54,115 nt of DNA. Source: a virus. Taxonomy: Duplodnaviria; Caudoviricetes. A model generated the notes under the pieces. It saw only the letters and a list, made by a program, of their open reading frames with translations. It had not been told where the DNA came from and ran no database searches. Positions 8,188 through 19,100 of the stretch are shown here, in pieces. The position numbers were made by a program, and so were the translations under genes. The stretch lies in IMG/VR virus record IMGVR_UViG_3300027833_001621, positions 1 through 54,115 of that record; one strand, 5' to 3'. Position 1 is the first letter of the stretch. Each line of letters opens with the position of its first letter.

Positions 8188-10587
8188 ATGGCAACAACAC
8201 CATCTGGAAATATTATTACAACATCTTTAAACAATGCGGCAACTACTGTAACCTCGGGGGTTACTAACACAGCAAATATAGTAACTGGTGAAGTAACTGG
8301 GCTTGCATCTGGAATTATAGGCGGTGCTATCAATCAGGCTATTGCACCGGTAATTGATATTGCATCAAAAGGCAAACAGGTTTATGATCTAGTAACTAAC
8401 CCAACACTAGGCGGCGCCCTAGCTTTACTAGGTAGAGGATTTCCGCCTTATAGAAATGAATTAGATAAATTTGCAAGTTACAATTATATTTTTACACTTG
8501 GTGCGTTAACAAATTTAGAATTAAATTTTCCACTAAGTTATAGAACAGTTGGTCCGCTAATTAAAATAATTAAAAGTGGCGGAACAGGCGGAAACAAAAT
8601 TCCTACAATTTATGAATTAGACGGACAAGTAGAATATTTTATTGAAGATGTTGAAATTCAAAGTCACCTCGCGCCCAATCCAGGAACAAGATTAAGTAAC
8701 GCTACTGTTATTGACTTTAAAGTAATAGAGCCATACAGTATGGGACAATTTTTTCATTCTTTAAGAACTGCGGCACTAGTAGCAGGCCATCCTAATTATT
8801 TACAAGCACCATTTTTATTAAGTGTTGGCTTCATTGGATATGACGATGATGGAAATGTGCAAGAACCTTTTTTCAGTAAAAGACATATACCTATTAAATT
8901 TGTACAAGCCGACATGGACGTTACTGAAGCAGGAGCGGTATATGATGTTAAGTGTGTGCCTTACAACGAAAGTGCGTTAACCGACGAAATTGACAAAGTA
9001 AATACTGACACTGTGATAAAAGGAAGAACAGTTGCAGAAGTATTACAAACTGGTGCTGAAAGTTTAACAGTTAAACTTAATACACTAGAAGTTGCTCAAG
9101 TTAATGCAAAACAAAAACCAGCAGAAGATTATTATGTTATTAGTTTTCCAAAAGGTGGCGCATTAGAATCAGTCGCGCCGCTCGGTGCATCAGCAACACA
9201 AGGAGCCACTGCAGGTAAAGAGCAACAATTATACGAAAGTATTCGAGGAACAGGAGCAGAAGTTCCGGATAACTTTGCCGATCAATTACAACAATTAAGT
9301 GGTACTACTACATTAGGAGCTCCTTTAGCTGCATCATTACAAGAAGCGGCTAATACCTCTATTAATGCAATAGGCTTACAAAAAGTAAACCCAGCAGATT
9401 CTTCAGGATCAGTAACACCTGGTAATGTTGCACCTGGCGATGCTGAAAGTGAAGACGAAGAAGGCACAATGGTTGCAGAAAGAATGGCAGCAGGCGATGG
9501 TGATGCAGAAACATTTACATACCGAGACGGCACAAGTATAACTAGCATGATTGAAGATGTAATATTATCTAGTGATTGGGGTCGAAATGCTATTAGACAA
9601 AAACAATCTGCTAAAGGTGAATATGAGTGGTTCAAAATACATACCCATGTTTACAATAGCTCTAGTTTATTTGGCGGCCTTGTTACAGGTGCTTCACCTA
9701 AAGTTTATGTATTTAGAGTAGTTCCATACACAGTACCGGCATCTATATTTTCTGGACCTAATACCCAAGGTGTGTTTAATGCACTGGCAGCACAATCTGG
9801 TGCAATAAAAGCATACAATTATATCTACACAGGACAAAATAGCGACATAATTAAATTCGATTTGCATTTTAATCAAACGTTTTATACAGGAATGCAAGCA
9901 ACACGTTCTCAAAAAATGATGAGTCAAATTTTTGGCGGAGCATCTTTATCAAAAGAAGAAACTGCCCAAGATTTTGCAACATCGAATACTGGAGGAACTA
10001 ATCCATTAACAGGTAATCCTGAAACTGGTGCGCCAACAACGTTATCAACTACTGTACCAAATCAAGTAAGTGGCGGCGGCGGAAGAGAAGACGCAAGTAC
10101 TTCAGTTGCTAAAACTTGGAACAACAATCTTATTAATACTGATAGAGATATGATTACAGTTGATTTAGAAATTAACGGAGATCCGTATTGGCTAATGGAT
10201 GCAGGCCTAGGCAATTATTTAGGCATTTCGAACCCACTACAGCCCGGCATAACACTCGAAGGTTCTTGCAATCCGGTAAATGGCACAATTACTACAGTAT
10301 TAAATTTTAGAACACCACTGGACTATGACGGTAAAGATGGCTTTGTAAAATATCCATTGGGCGGATTCTTGCCACTAGCTATGTTTAGCGGAGTGTATAG
10401 GACTATATATGTTACTAACCATTTTAAAAATGGTAAGTTTACGCAGACATTAAATTTAGCAAGAATAATGAATCAAGACCTAACACCGACAGCAATAGCA
10501 GGTAGTTTAATTAGTGCATTTAAGGGATCAAGTGTTGGACAAGCAATTGGTCTAGGTAACGACGAAAACGAAATGAGACCTTCATAA
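8188..10587 (+). CDS. Putative baseplate hub protein (gp27/gpD-like)
   Basis: 799 aa between gp53 and gp5. C-terminal DLEINGDP...FSGVYRTIYVTNHFKNGKFTQTLNLAR resembles hub-protein C-termini. Confidence 0.6.
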   Translation: MATTPSGNIITTSLNNAATTVTSGVTNTANIVTGEVTGLASGIIGGAINQAIAPVIDIASKGKQVYDLVTNPTLGGALALLGRGFPPYRNELDKFASYNYIFTLGALTNLELNFPLSYRTVGPLIKIIKSGGTGGNKIPTIYELDGQVEYFIEDVEIQSHLAPNPGTRLSNATVIDFKVIEPYSMGQFFHSLRTAALVAGHPNYLQAPFLLSVGFIGYDDDGNVQEPFFSKRHIPIKFVQADMDVTEAGAVYDVKCVPYNESALTDEIDKVNTDTVIKGRTVAEVLQTGAESLTVKLNTLEVAQVNAKQKPAEDYYVISFPKGGALESVAPLGASATQGATAGKEQQLYESIRGTGAEVPDNFADQLQQLSGTTTLGAPLAASLQEAANTSINAIGLQKVNPADSSGSVTPGNVAPGDAESEDEEGTMVAERMAAGDGDAETFTYRDGTSITSMIEDVILSSDWGRNAIRQKQSAKGEYEWFKIHTHVYNSSSLFGGLVTGASPKVYVFRVVPYTVPASIFSGPNTQGVFNALAAQSGAIKAYNYIYTGQNSDIIKFDLHFNQTFYTGMQATRSQKMMSQIFGGASLSKEETAQDFATSNTGGTNPLTGNPETGAPTTLSTTVPNQVSGGGGREDASTSVAKTWNNNLINTDRDMITVDLEINGDPYWLMDAGLGNYLGISNPLQPGITLEGSCNPVNGTITTVLNFRTPLDYDGKDGFVKYPLGGFLPLAMFSGVYRTIYVTNHFKNGKFTQTLNLARIMNQDLTPTAIAGSLISAFKGSSVGQAIGLGNDENEMRPS

Positions 10588-10588
10588 T

Positions 10589-12004
10589 ATGGCACAACAA
10601 ACTCGCACTCCAAGATCAAATAATATTAGCCCTGGCGTTCATATTGGCAAAGTAGTAAGCCACCTCGACGGCTCATTTATGGGCGGCATCGAAGTAATGA
10701 TTGTTAAAAGAACAGAAGCCGGTTCTATAGAAAATTATGTTACATGTAAGTATGCTAGTCCGTTTGCAGGACAGTCACCTTATGACGGTGTAACAGATAA
10801 CGCCGGACACGAGTACTCACAAAAAAGTTATGGCTTTTGGGCGGTACCGCCAGATGCAGGTACAATGGTTATTGTACTAATGCCAGACGGAGATTATAGT
10901 CAAGCATATTGGGTTGCTTGTGTTCCAGATCTTGGAATGAACTTTATGACGCCAGGAAACCCCTCTACAACAGCAAATAGTGAAGATACAACAGTAGCGT
11001 TGCCTGTTGCAGAATATAACAAGCGACAAGAAGAAGGCGCTGGGCAAGATTATACTAAATTTGTAAAACCTACAAACACAGTTGAAAAAGAGCGTTTAGA
11101 AAAAGCAGGCTTAGATAAAGATTCTGTTAGAGGATATAACAGTTCTAGTGCAAGGCGAGAAGCTCCTAGTGCTGTATTTGGTTGGAGTACTCCAGGGCCA
11201 CCAGATTTAGATGGTCCAAAATATACATATGGACGACAAGGAGCATCAATACAACGACCATTTAACAGACTAGGCGGATCTAGTTTTGTCATGGATGATG
11301 GTGATATGAGTTTGCGCCGTAGAAAAGCACCAGGCGGTGATGATCCTGACAAACCTTCATATGCTAATATTACAAAAGGCGAGTCAGACGGTGATAAAAC
11401 TATTCCTGCTAATGAATTAGTTAGACTTCAAACTCGTCATGGTCATCAAATTTTATTGCATAACTCGGAAGACTTAATTTATATTTCACACGGTAGCGGT
11501 AATAGCTGGATTGAAATGACAGCTAATGGTAAAATTGATGTATATGCTAAAGACAGTATAAGTTTTAGATCAGAAAATGATATAAACTTTTATGCTGATA
11601 GAGATATTAATTTTGAATCAGGTGGTAACACAAACTTTACATCTACTGGCGGAAGTACATTTATATCGTCTACTAATAACGTAGAAATTAAAGCAGGCGC
11701 CGACGGAAAAATTACAGCAGGTAACACTACAAATATTAGTGCTAAAACTCATCATGAAACGGCACTTGGCGGCATTTATATGAATTCAGATCAATCAGCA
11801 TCAGATGCTGTAGATGCAAGTGTACCAGTTAGAATCCCTGCTCATGAACCATGGTCGGATCATGAAAATAACAATCCAAAAGAATTTGTAGCTGATAAAA
11901 CAGCTGCAAATTCGTTAGAAGAAAGAAAAGATTTTGTAAACGGGACACTAGAGGAAGCGCCTGAACAATTTGCATTAGCAGACACATTTAAGCGTTCGAC
12001 ATAA
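10589..12004 (+). CDS. gp5: Baseplate central spike (gp5/VgrG-like), no lysozyme domain seen
   Basis: N-terminal OB-fold (GKVVSHLD...GFWAVPPDAGTMVIV), LQTRHGHQILL motif, and C-terminal 8-residue beta-helix repeats (DINFYADRDINFESGGNTNF). Confidence 0.75.
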   Translation: MAQQTRTPRSNNISPGVHIGKVVSHLDGSFMGGIEVMIVKRTEAGSIENYVTCKYASPFAGQSPYDGVTDNAGHEYSQKSYGFWAVPPDAGTMVIVLMPDGDYSQAYWVACVPDLGMNFMTPGNPSTTANSEDTTVALPVAEYNKRQEEGAGQDYTKFVKPTNTVEKERLEKAGLDKDSVRGYNSSSARREAPSAVFGWSTPGPPDLDGPKYTYGRQGASIQRPFNRLGGSSFVMDDGDMSLRRRKAPGGDDPDKPSYANITKGESDGDKTIPANELVRLQTRHGHQILLHNSEDLIYISHGSGNSWIEMTANGKIDVYAKDSISFRSENDINFYADRDINFESGGNTNFTSTGGSTFISSTNNVEIKAGADGKITAGNTTNISAKTHHETALGGIYMNSDQSASDAVDASVPVRIPAHEPWSDHENNNPKEFVADKTAANSLEERKDFVNGTLEEAPEQFALADTFKRST

Positions 12005-12009
12005 TAAGG

Positions 12010-12015
12010 TAAATA
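12010..12015 (+). promoter_or_regulatory. Putative late promoter TAAATA, 4 nt upstream of the gp25 ATG
   Basis: TAAATA-cggt-ATG(12020). Confidence 0.5.
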
Positions 12016-12019
12016 CGGT

Positions 12020-12475
12020 ATGAGTACAATAGAAAAAAGTTTATATAAACAAGTATCTGTAAAGGGTAGTAATAACTCAGACAAAATTACCACCGAAAAA
12101 AGTCCTACGTACAGAGGATTTAGTACAGTAAATGAAGAATCAAATAGTCATATACTGCATGATGTTTCGCTTATTAAGCAAGACATTATTAATCACTTTC
12201 ATATTCGCCAAGGAGAAAAACTTAGCGATCCTGAATTTGGAACAATTATATGGGACATATTATTTGAACCATTAACCGACACAGTTAAAAACGCAATCGT
12301 TGAAAATGTATCAAGAATTATAAATTATGATCCCCGTGTTCAAGTAAATCAAATTACTGTAGACGCTTATGAAAGCGGCATTCAAATCGAGTGTGAGCTT
12401 GCATATTTGCCTTATTCTATAGTAGAAAAACTACAGTTAAAGTTTGATGAGGACGCTGGGTTTTTAACACAGTAA
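12020..12475 (+). CDS. gp25: Baseplate wedge subunit gp25-like
   Basis: IKQDIINHFHIRQGEKLSDPEFGTIIWDILFEP...YDPRV is the gp25/GPW signature. Confidence 0.9.
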   Translation: MSTIEKSLYKQVSVKGSNNSDKITTEKSPTYRGFSTVNEESNSHILHDVSLIKQDIINHFHIRQGEKLSDPEFGTIIWDILFEPLTDTVKNAIVENVSRIINYDPRVQVNQITVDAYESGIQIECELAYLPYSIVEKLQLKFDEDAGFLTQ

Positions 12476-12500
12476 TTATATACGCACTTATCGATCTCAC

Positions 12501-12507
12501 ATAAATA
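12501..12507 (+). promoter_or_regulatory. Putative late promoter ATAAATA upstream of gp6
   Basis: Intergenic ATAAATAC, then AAGGA RBS and ATG 12531. Confidence 0.65.
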
Positions 12508-12530
12508 CTGTTATAGATAAGGAATAGCCG

Positions 12531-15500
12531 ATGTCGTCAACAGATAGACAAAATAGATTATTATTAGCAGAAGATTGGAAGAGAGTCTACCAGTCATTTA
12601 GAAACGCAGATTTTCAAAGTTACGACTTTGACAATTTACGCAGAACTATGGTCCAGTATCTAAGGGAAAATTATCCTGAAGATTTTAACGACTATGTTGA
12701 ATCCAGTGAATACCTTGCACTGATAGATCTTATTGCATTTTTAGGTCAAAATATTTCTTATCGTATTGATCTAAATGCTAGAGAAAATTACCTAGAACTT
12801 GCAGAGCGTAGAGAATCAGTTCTCCGTTTAGCACGTTTGCTTTCATACAATCCAAAGCGAAATCAACCTGCTAACGGATTACTTAAAATTCAAAACATTA
12901 GAACTAGTGAAGAAGTTAGAGACAGTAATAATGTTAACTTACAAGGTCAAACTATAACTTGGAATGATCCTGCTAACAGTGATTGGTATGAACAATTCAT
13001 CAAAGTGATGAATACAGCATTACCTGTTAATGGAACATTTGGTCGTCCTGCAAAGAAATCAGTTATTTCAAATGTTGACACTGAACAATATAGATTTAGT
13101 AGTACTAATACTGATGTTCCTACGTACCAATTTAACAAAAATATTGACGGCAGAGCTGTGCGCTTTGAAATAGTATCTACAGACATTACAGAGACTATTA
13201 AAGAAGAAGCACCGTTTCCAGGAAACAACTTTGCTATGTTATATAGAGATGATGGCAAAGGTCCTACAAGTTCGAACACAGGATTTTTTAGTCACTTTAG
13301 ACAGGGTGTATTAGACCAAGGTATATTTACAATTAATGATTATGCATCTAATCAAGCCGTTGCAATTGAAACTCCGCAAATTAATAATTCTGATGTTTGG
13401 TTATATAGTTTAGATAGTGTAGGTAACGAAAAAGAATTATGGTCTAAAGTTGAATCCCTGCAGGGCAACAATATTATATACAACAGTCTTAACAAAGATA
13501 ATAGAAATGTATATTCTGTACTAACTAGAGTTGACGATAGAGTTAGCTTAGTGTTTAGTGATGGAGTATTTGGAAATATTCCAACAGGTCAGTTTAAGAC
13601 TTATTTTAGAACTAGTTTAAACGAAAGAGTAATTATTACTCCTAAAGATTTTAGAGGAATAACAATTACAGTTCCTTATCTATCAAAGCGTAATAAAACA
13701 GAAACTCTTACAATAACTTATAGTTTACAATATACTGTTGATAACAGCACTAACAGCGAATCAACAGCATCAATTAAACAAAATGCTCCAACTACATACT
13801 ATACACAAAATAGAATGGTTACTGGTGAAGATTATCAAATTGCACCATTAGGAATTAATCAACAAATTGTAAAGGTTAAAAGTGTTAATAGAGTATCAAG
13901 CGGAATTAGTAGATACTTTGATCTAGTAGACGCTACTAGTAAGTATAGTAAAACAACACTATATGCAAATGACGGTGTTGTTTATAAAGAAACCCAAACT
14001 AAAAAGGATGGATTTTCTTTTACAACTAGAACTGATGTAGAAGGCGCTGTTGAAAACACTATTGTACCAATTTTAAGTGATAAGAAAATTAGAAATTATT
14101 ACTTTGATAAATTTAATAAAATTATAACAAGAGACTTAGGTGTTAACTGGGTACAAACTACAAAAGATACAAATTTATCTACAGGCTATTTTAAGAACAT
14201 TGAAGATGTTCCGTCAACATTAGGTAAATTTACTGGATCTATTTTAAGTATTGTTAAAGTAGGCTCATTAATTAAAGTAATTGCTCCAGGATATGTTGCT
14301 AAAGCTAATCCGGCAGATATTGACACATCAACTAATCACTTTAATTCAAAAGGCGAATTAGTTAATGGAACAGTAAAGCTATTAGGTGACACTTATTATA
14401 AATGGGTAAAAGTTGTTAGAATTAACGGAACTGGATTTGAACCAACAGATGACGGCGCAGGTGCTGTTATACTAAATGATGTTATTCCGTCTGGAGCAAT
14501 ACTATTTGAAATTAAACCACCACTAGCTAATAACTTAGAATCAGGTGTTAAACAGCAAATAATTGATCAAATATTTTCGTACAAAACATTTGGTTTACGA
14601 TTTGATCAAGTTGCTGCAGAATGGCGCATTGTTACAGAAAATAACTTATCACTAGGAACAGGATTTAGTACAGGTAAAACTGGCGATGTTACAAATCAAA
14701 ATCTTGATGCAAGTTGGTTAGTTCTATTTGAAACAAATGGCGAACGATATACTATTACATACCGTTCAATGAGATTTGTTTTTGAAAGTGATAACGAAAT
14801 GCGTTTTTACTATGATTCAAGTGACAAAATATTTGATAACAAAAGCGGAAAAATTGTTAAAGATACTATTACAGTATTAAACATTAATACACAGCCAGAT
14901 AACCCTGCACCATTTACTCAAGATTTTAATTGGGAAATTGTTGATGCATATAGAGACGTAGATGGCTATGTTGATAGTAAAAAATTAGAAGTAAGTTATT
15001 TTGATGACGACGAAGACGGCGTTGTAGATGATGCAGATTTGTTTGAAGAAATTGTTCAACCAGAAACTAACACTACTAACAAGTACATTATCTTTGAAAA
15101 AGTTACTACAGCAGACGGTGTAGAAGATTTTAATTATCTTCCAAACGATAATGATTCAATTATTATTTTAAATTCTAAAACTGAAGTTGCTCCGTTTAGC
15201 ACATACAATGATCAACAAATATTCTATTACATTGACACTGATGTATTTGAGATATTAGACAAATCGGCACTTAGATTAAATATCACAGCTGATTACAAAG
15301 CAAGAGTAGGCAGAAATAACTTAAAGTTCCGTTATATTCATGCTGCAAGTTCTGAGTCTAGAATAGATCCTAGTGCAAGTAATATTATTGATATGTATTT
15401 ACTAACTAGAAACTACGACAATAACTTTAGACTTTGGTTGCTCGAACAGTCTCAAACAAAACCGTTACCACCAAGTAGCGATCAGTTGTTTATTGAATAC

Positions 15501-16100
15501 GGTGCAGAGTTAAACAAAATTAAATCATTAACAGATGAAATTATATATCATCCAGTTAAGTATAAAATACTATTCGGTAATGAAGCGGATCAAGAATTGA
15601 AAGCTAAATTTAAAATTGTAAAGAACGCTAACAAAGTATTAAACGATAACGACATTAAGACAAAAGTAATTACAGCAATTAATCAATTTTTTGCTTTAGA
15701 CAATTGGGACTTTGGTGAAACATTTTACTTCTCTGAATTATCAGGATACGTAATTAACGAACTTGCTCCTGACGTGTCGTCATTTATTCTTATACCAGTA
15801 CAAGAAGATCAAAATTTTGGTAGCTTGTATGAAATCAAATCAGAAGCAGACGAAATTTTTATAAGTGGTGCTAGTGTAGACGATGTTGAAATTATTGATG
15901 CTATTACAGCTTCAAGATTAAAAGCATCAGGAAATGTTGTAACAAAATCTACAACAATAAATGCTGGAATACAAAGTTCAGCATTTACTGATACATCGAC
16001 CCCTATTAATACAACAACTTCTACAACTTCTACACCAAGTAGTTCGAGTAGTTCAAGTAGTTCATCAGGCAGTTCAAGTAACGGAGGATATAGTTACTAA
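12531..16100 (+). CDS. gp6: Baseplate wedge subunit gp6-like (baseplate J family), extended
   Basis: DFDNLR...LIDLIAFLG...RESVLRLARLLSYNP, LVFSDGVFGNIP, ESTASIKQNAP...QNRMVTGEDY. 1189 aa with a Ser/Thr-rich tail. Confidence 0.88.
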   Translation: MSSTDRQNRLLLAEDWKRVYQSFRNADFQSYDFDNLRRTMVQYLRENYPEDFNDYVESSEYLALIDLIAFLGQNISYRIDLNARENYLELAERRESVLRLARLLSYNPKRNQPANGLLKIQNIRTSEEVRDSNNVNLQGQTITWNDPANSDWYEQFIKVMNTALPVNGTFGRPAKKSVISNVDTEQYRFSSTNTDVPTYQFNKNIDGRAVRFEIVSTDITETIKEEAPFPGNNFAMLYRDDGKGPTSSNTGFFSHFRQGVLDQGIFTINDYASNQAVAIETPQINNSDVWLYSLDSVGNEKELWSKVESLQGNNIIYNSLNKDNRNVYSVLTRVDDRVSLVFSDGVFGNIPTGQFKTYFRTSLNERVIITPKDFRGITITVPYLSKRNKTETLTITYSLQYTVDNSTNSESTASIKQNAPTTYYTQNRMVTGEDYQIAPLGINQQIVKVKSVNRVSSGISRYFDLVDATSKYSKTTLYANDGVVYKETQTKKDGFSFTTRTDVEGAVENTIVPILSDKKIRNYYFDKFNKIITRDLGVNWVQTTKDTNLSTGYFKNIEDVPSTLGKFTGSILSIVKVGSLIKVIAPGYVAKANPADIDTSTNHFNSKGELVNGTVKLLGDTYYKWVKVVRINGTGFEPTDDGAGAVILNDVIPSGAILFEIKPPLANNLESGVKQQIIDQIFSYKTFGLRFDQVAAEWRIVTENNLSLGTGFSTGKTGDVTNQNLDASWLVLFETNGERYTITYRSMRFVFESDNEMRFYYDSSDKIFDNKSGKIVKDTITVLNINTQPDNPAPFTQDFNWEIVDAYRDVDGYVDSKKLEVSYFDDDEDGVVDDADLFEEIVQPETNTTNKYIIFEKVTTADGVEDFNYLPNDNDSIIILNSKTEVAPFSTYNDQQIFYYIDTDVFEILDKSALRLNITADYKARVGRNNLKFRYIHAASSESRIDPSASNIIDMYLLTRNYDNNFRLWLLEQSQTKPLPPSSDQLFIEYGAELNKIKSLTDEIIYHPVKYKILFGNEADQELKAKFKIVKNANKVLNDNDIKTKVITAINQFFALDNWDFGETFYFSELSGYVINELAPDVSSFILIPVQEDQNFGSLYEIKSEADEIFISGASVDDVEIIDAITASRLKASGNVVTKSTTINAGIQSSAFTDTSTPINTTTSTTSTPSSSSSSSSSSGSSSNGGYSY

Positions 16101-19100
16101 TGGCATACGACAAAGATCAAAACGAATTTCCACTTCCGGGTGAAGATCCGCAACGCAGACAAAGTGCTAGACATCTGCCTAAATATTTTAGAACAGATAA
16201 AAATCAAAAGTTTTTACAGTCTACATTGGACCAGCTATTACAGCCAGGCGTTTCTGAAAAAGTTAATTCGTTTGTAGGTAGAAAAACTGCAAAAGCATAT
16301 AATGATAAAACTGACAAGTATTTGCAAGATGTTTCTGCTGATAGAACTGACTATCAACTAGAGCCAGTTAGTGTTATTAAAGACGGTTTAGGAAATACAG
16401 AATTTTTAAGAGATTACATGGATTATGTACATCAAATTGAAAACTTTGGCGGCGACAACACTAATCATAGTAGAAACAATAAACAAGAATACTATACTTG
16501 GAACCCAAGTATTAATTGGGATATGTTTTCAAACTTCCGTGAATACTATTGGTTACCCACAGGCCCACAAACAGTAGTTGTTCCTGGAGATGCTAAAGAA
16601 ATTACTAGTACATATACAGTTGAACTACAAAATGCTTTAGGCGATTTATCTTATTTGTTTACTCCTGACGGAGCAACAAACAATCCTACACTAAAGTTAT
16701 ATAGGGGTGTAACGTATAGATTTGAAATTAATGCTGTTGGATCCCCTTTTACATTTAGAACTGCAAGAACACTTGAAGATGAGTTTTTATTAACTACCGA
16801 AGTGTCGCAACAAGGTGTAGAAGACGGTGTTATAGAATTAACATTAGGACCAGGCACACCAAACGAAATTTATTATGTTGCTGACAATGACATTAATATG
16901 GGCGGCCTAATTAGAGTTGCTAACCAATCAGAAGCAAGTATAATTGATGTAGAAGCAGAGATCATCGGTAAAAAATATTATACTACTAAAGATAACTGGA
17001 GTTTAACTAACGGATTAAAAGTACGTTTTGCAGGAGAAGTATTACCTGCAAAATATTCAAACTCAGAATGGTATGTTGAAGGCGTTGGAGACAAAATAAC
17101 TCTTGTAAGTGACATTGATGTTGAAGTTAGTTTTCCAGTTGGTATTGATTTGTTAGTACCATTTGATGATACTATTGACGGATTTGATGCACTCCCTTTC
17201 GGCGCAGCAACAGGTTACCCAAGAGATAAAGATTATATTACAATTAACCGTGCAAGTCCAGACGGTAACTTTTGGTCAAGATATAATAGATGGTATCATA
17301 GAGAAGTAATAGAATTATCTGCAAAAATTAATAATCTAGTTCTTGATATTGATCAAGCACAACGTGCTAACAGGCCCATTATACAATTTGATGCGGGTTT
17401 AAAATTATATAACTTTGGTACAAAAACAAAACCAGTAGTTGACTTACTTGACAACTTTACTACAGATGCATTTAGTACAATTGAAGGTAGTACAGGCTAC
17501 AATATTGATAGTGTTCAACTTGCAGAAGGAATGAGAGTATTATTCCTTAATGACACAGATCCTTTAGTTAACGGTAGAATCTTTGAAGTTAAATTTATTA
17601 ACTTTGCTGGAAGTGGTGTCAACGGACAAATTAGTTTAGTTGAAACAGAAGATAGTTTACCTGTTGAAAGTCAAACTGTTTTAATTACTAGAGGTGAAGA
17701 CTTTGCAGGTACAATGTGGTATTACGATAGTGTCACCTGGAATAAAGCACAAGAAAAAACAGCAGTAAACCAACCACCAGTTTTTGATATTTTTGATGCA
17801 AACGGAAAAAGCTATTCAGATACAACAGTTTATCCTGCATCTAACTTTAGAGGTACAAAGCTCTTTAGTTATAAAGAAGGACAAGGTGTAAATGATACAG
17901 TATTAGGTTTTCCAATTTCTTATAGAAGTATTGAAAATGTAGGCGATATTGTTTTTAACTTTAATTTTAATCAAGATACTACACAATATCAAATTGACGA
18001 TCAAACATATAATATAAATGTTAGTAATGGTTATCTAAGAAAGTATTTGCTATCTAGCAATTATCTATTAGTAGGTGCATATGTTAAAGCAAGTACATTT
18101 AGTAATCAAGATGTAGTATTGCAATATGTTAATGACGGTACAAAGATTAACTATCCAATTAATAGTTATAACAAAAGTGCATTTGTAGAAGATTTAAAAG
18201 TTAATGTAACTGTTGATAATAAAGTTGTATACGAAAATACTGATTATGAAATAGTTTCCACAGCAGACAAAGTAAAGTCGATTAGATTTTTAAATAAGAT
18301 TTCAGAAAATGCAAACATTATAATTAAAACAACATCTGCTACGTCTAAGAATGAAAATGGTTTTTATGAAATTGCTCCAAACTTAGAAAAAAATCCGCTA
18401 AATGCTGATGTTGAAACATTTACATTAGGTGAAGTTACTGATCATGTTAACAGTATTACACAAAATGCTCCAGACTTTGTTGGAGTATTCCCTGGAGTTA
18501 GTAATTTAAGAGATTTGACTAATTTAAGTGTTTATGGTAGAAAGTTTATTAAACATTCTGCTCCGTTAAACCTTGCAATGTTTTCTACATTAGATAAAGA
18601 GTCTAATGTAATTAAATCATTAAGATTTGCTAAAAAAGAATATAGTAAATTTAAAAGAATGTTTTTAGAAAATGCAGAAGTGTTACCGTTTAGTGGATCA
18701 ATAAAACAGCATGTAGATGCAATAATTTCTGAGATTACTAAAGATAAAATTAATACAATGCCTTTCTACTTTTCGGATATGATAGGCTATGGCGCATCTA
18801 TTACAACTACTATAACAATTGAAGATATTGGTACTAGGTTCTATGCACTTACAACACCGTTTGTTTTAAACGAATTAAGTACACGTTCTGTAACAGTATA
18901 TTTAAACGGCACACAGTTATTACACAATCAAGATTATGTCTTTAACACTGAAGGTTATTTAGATGTTACAGCAACTAAACAATTTGGCGACATATTAGAA
19001 ATTAACGAGTATGAAACTACAAATGGAACATATATACCGTCAACTCCAACTAAGTTAGGTTTATTTCCTAAGTACATTCCAGAATTATTCCAGGACGATA

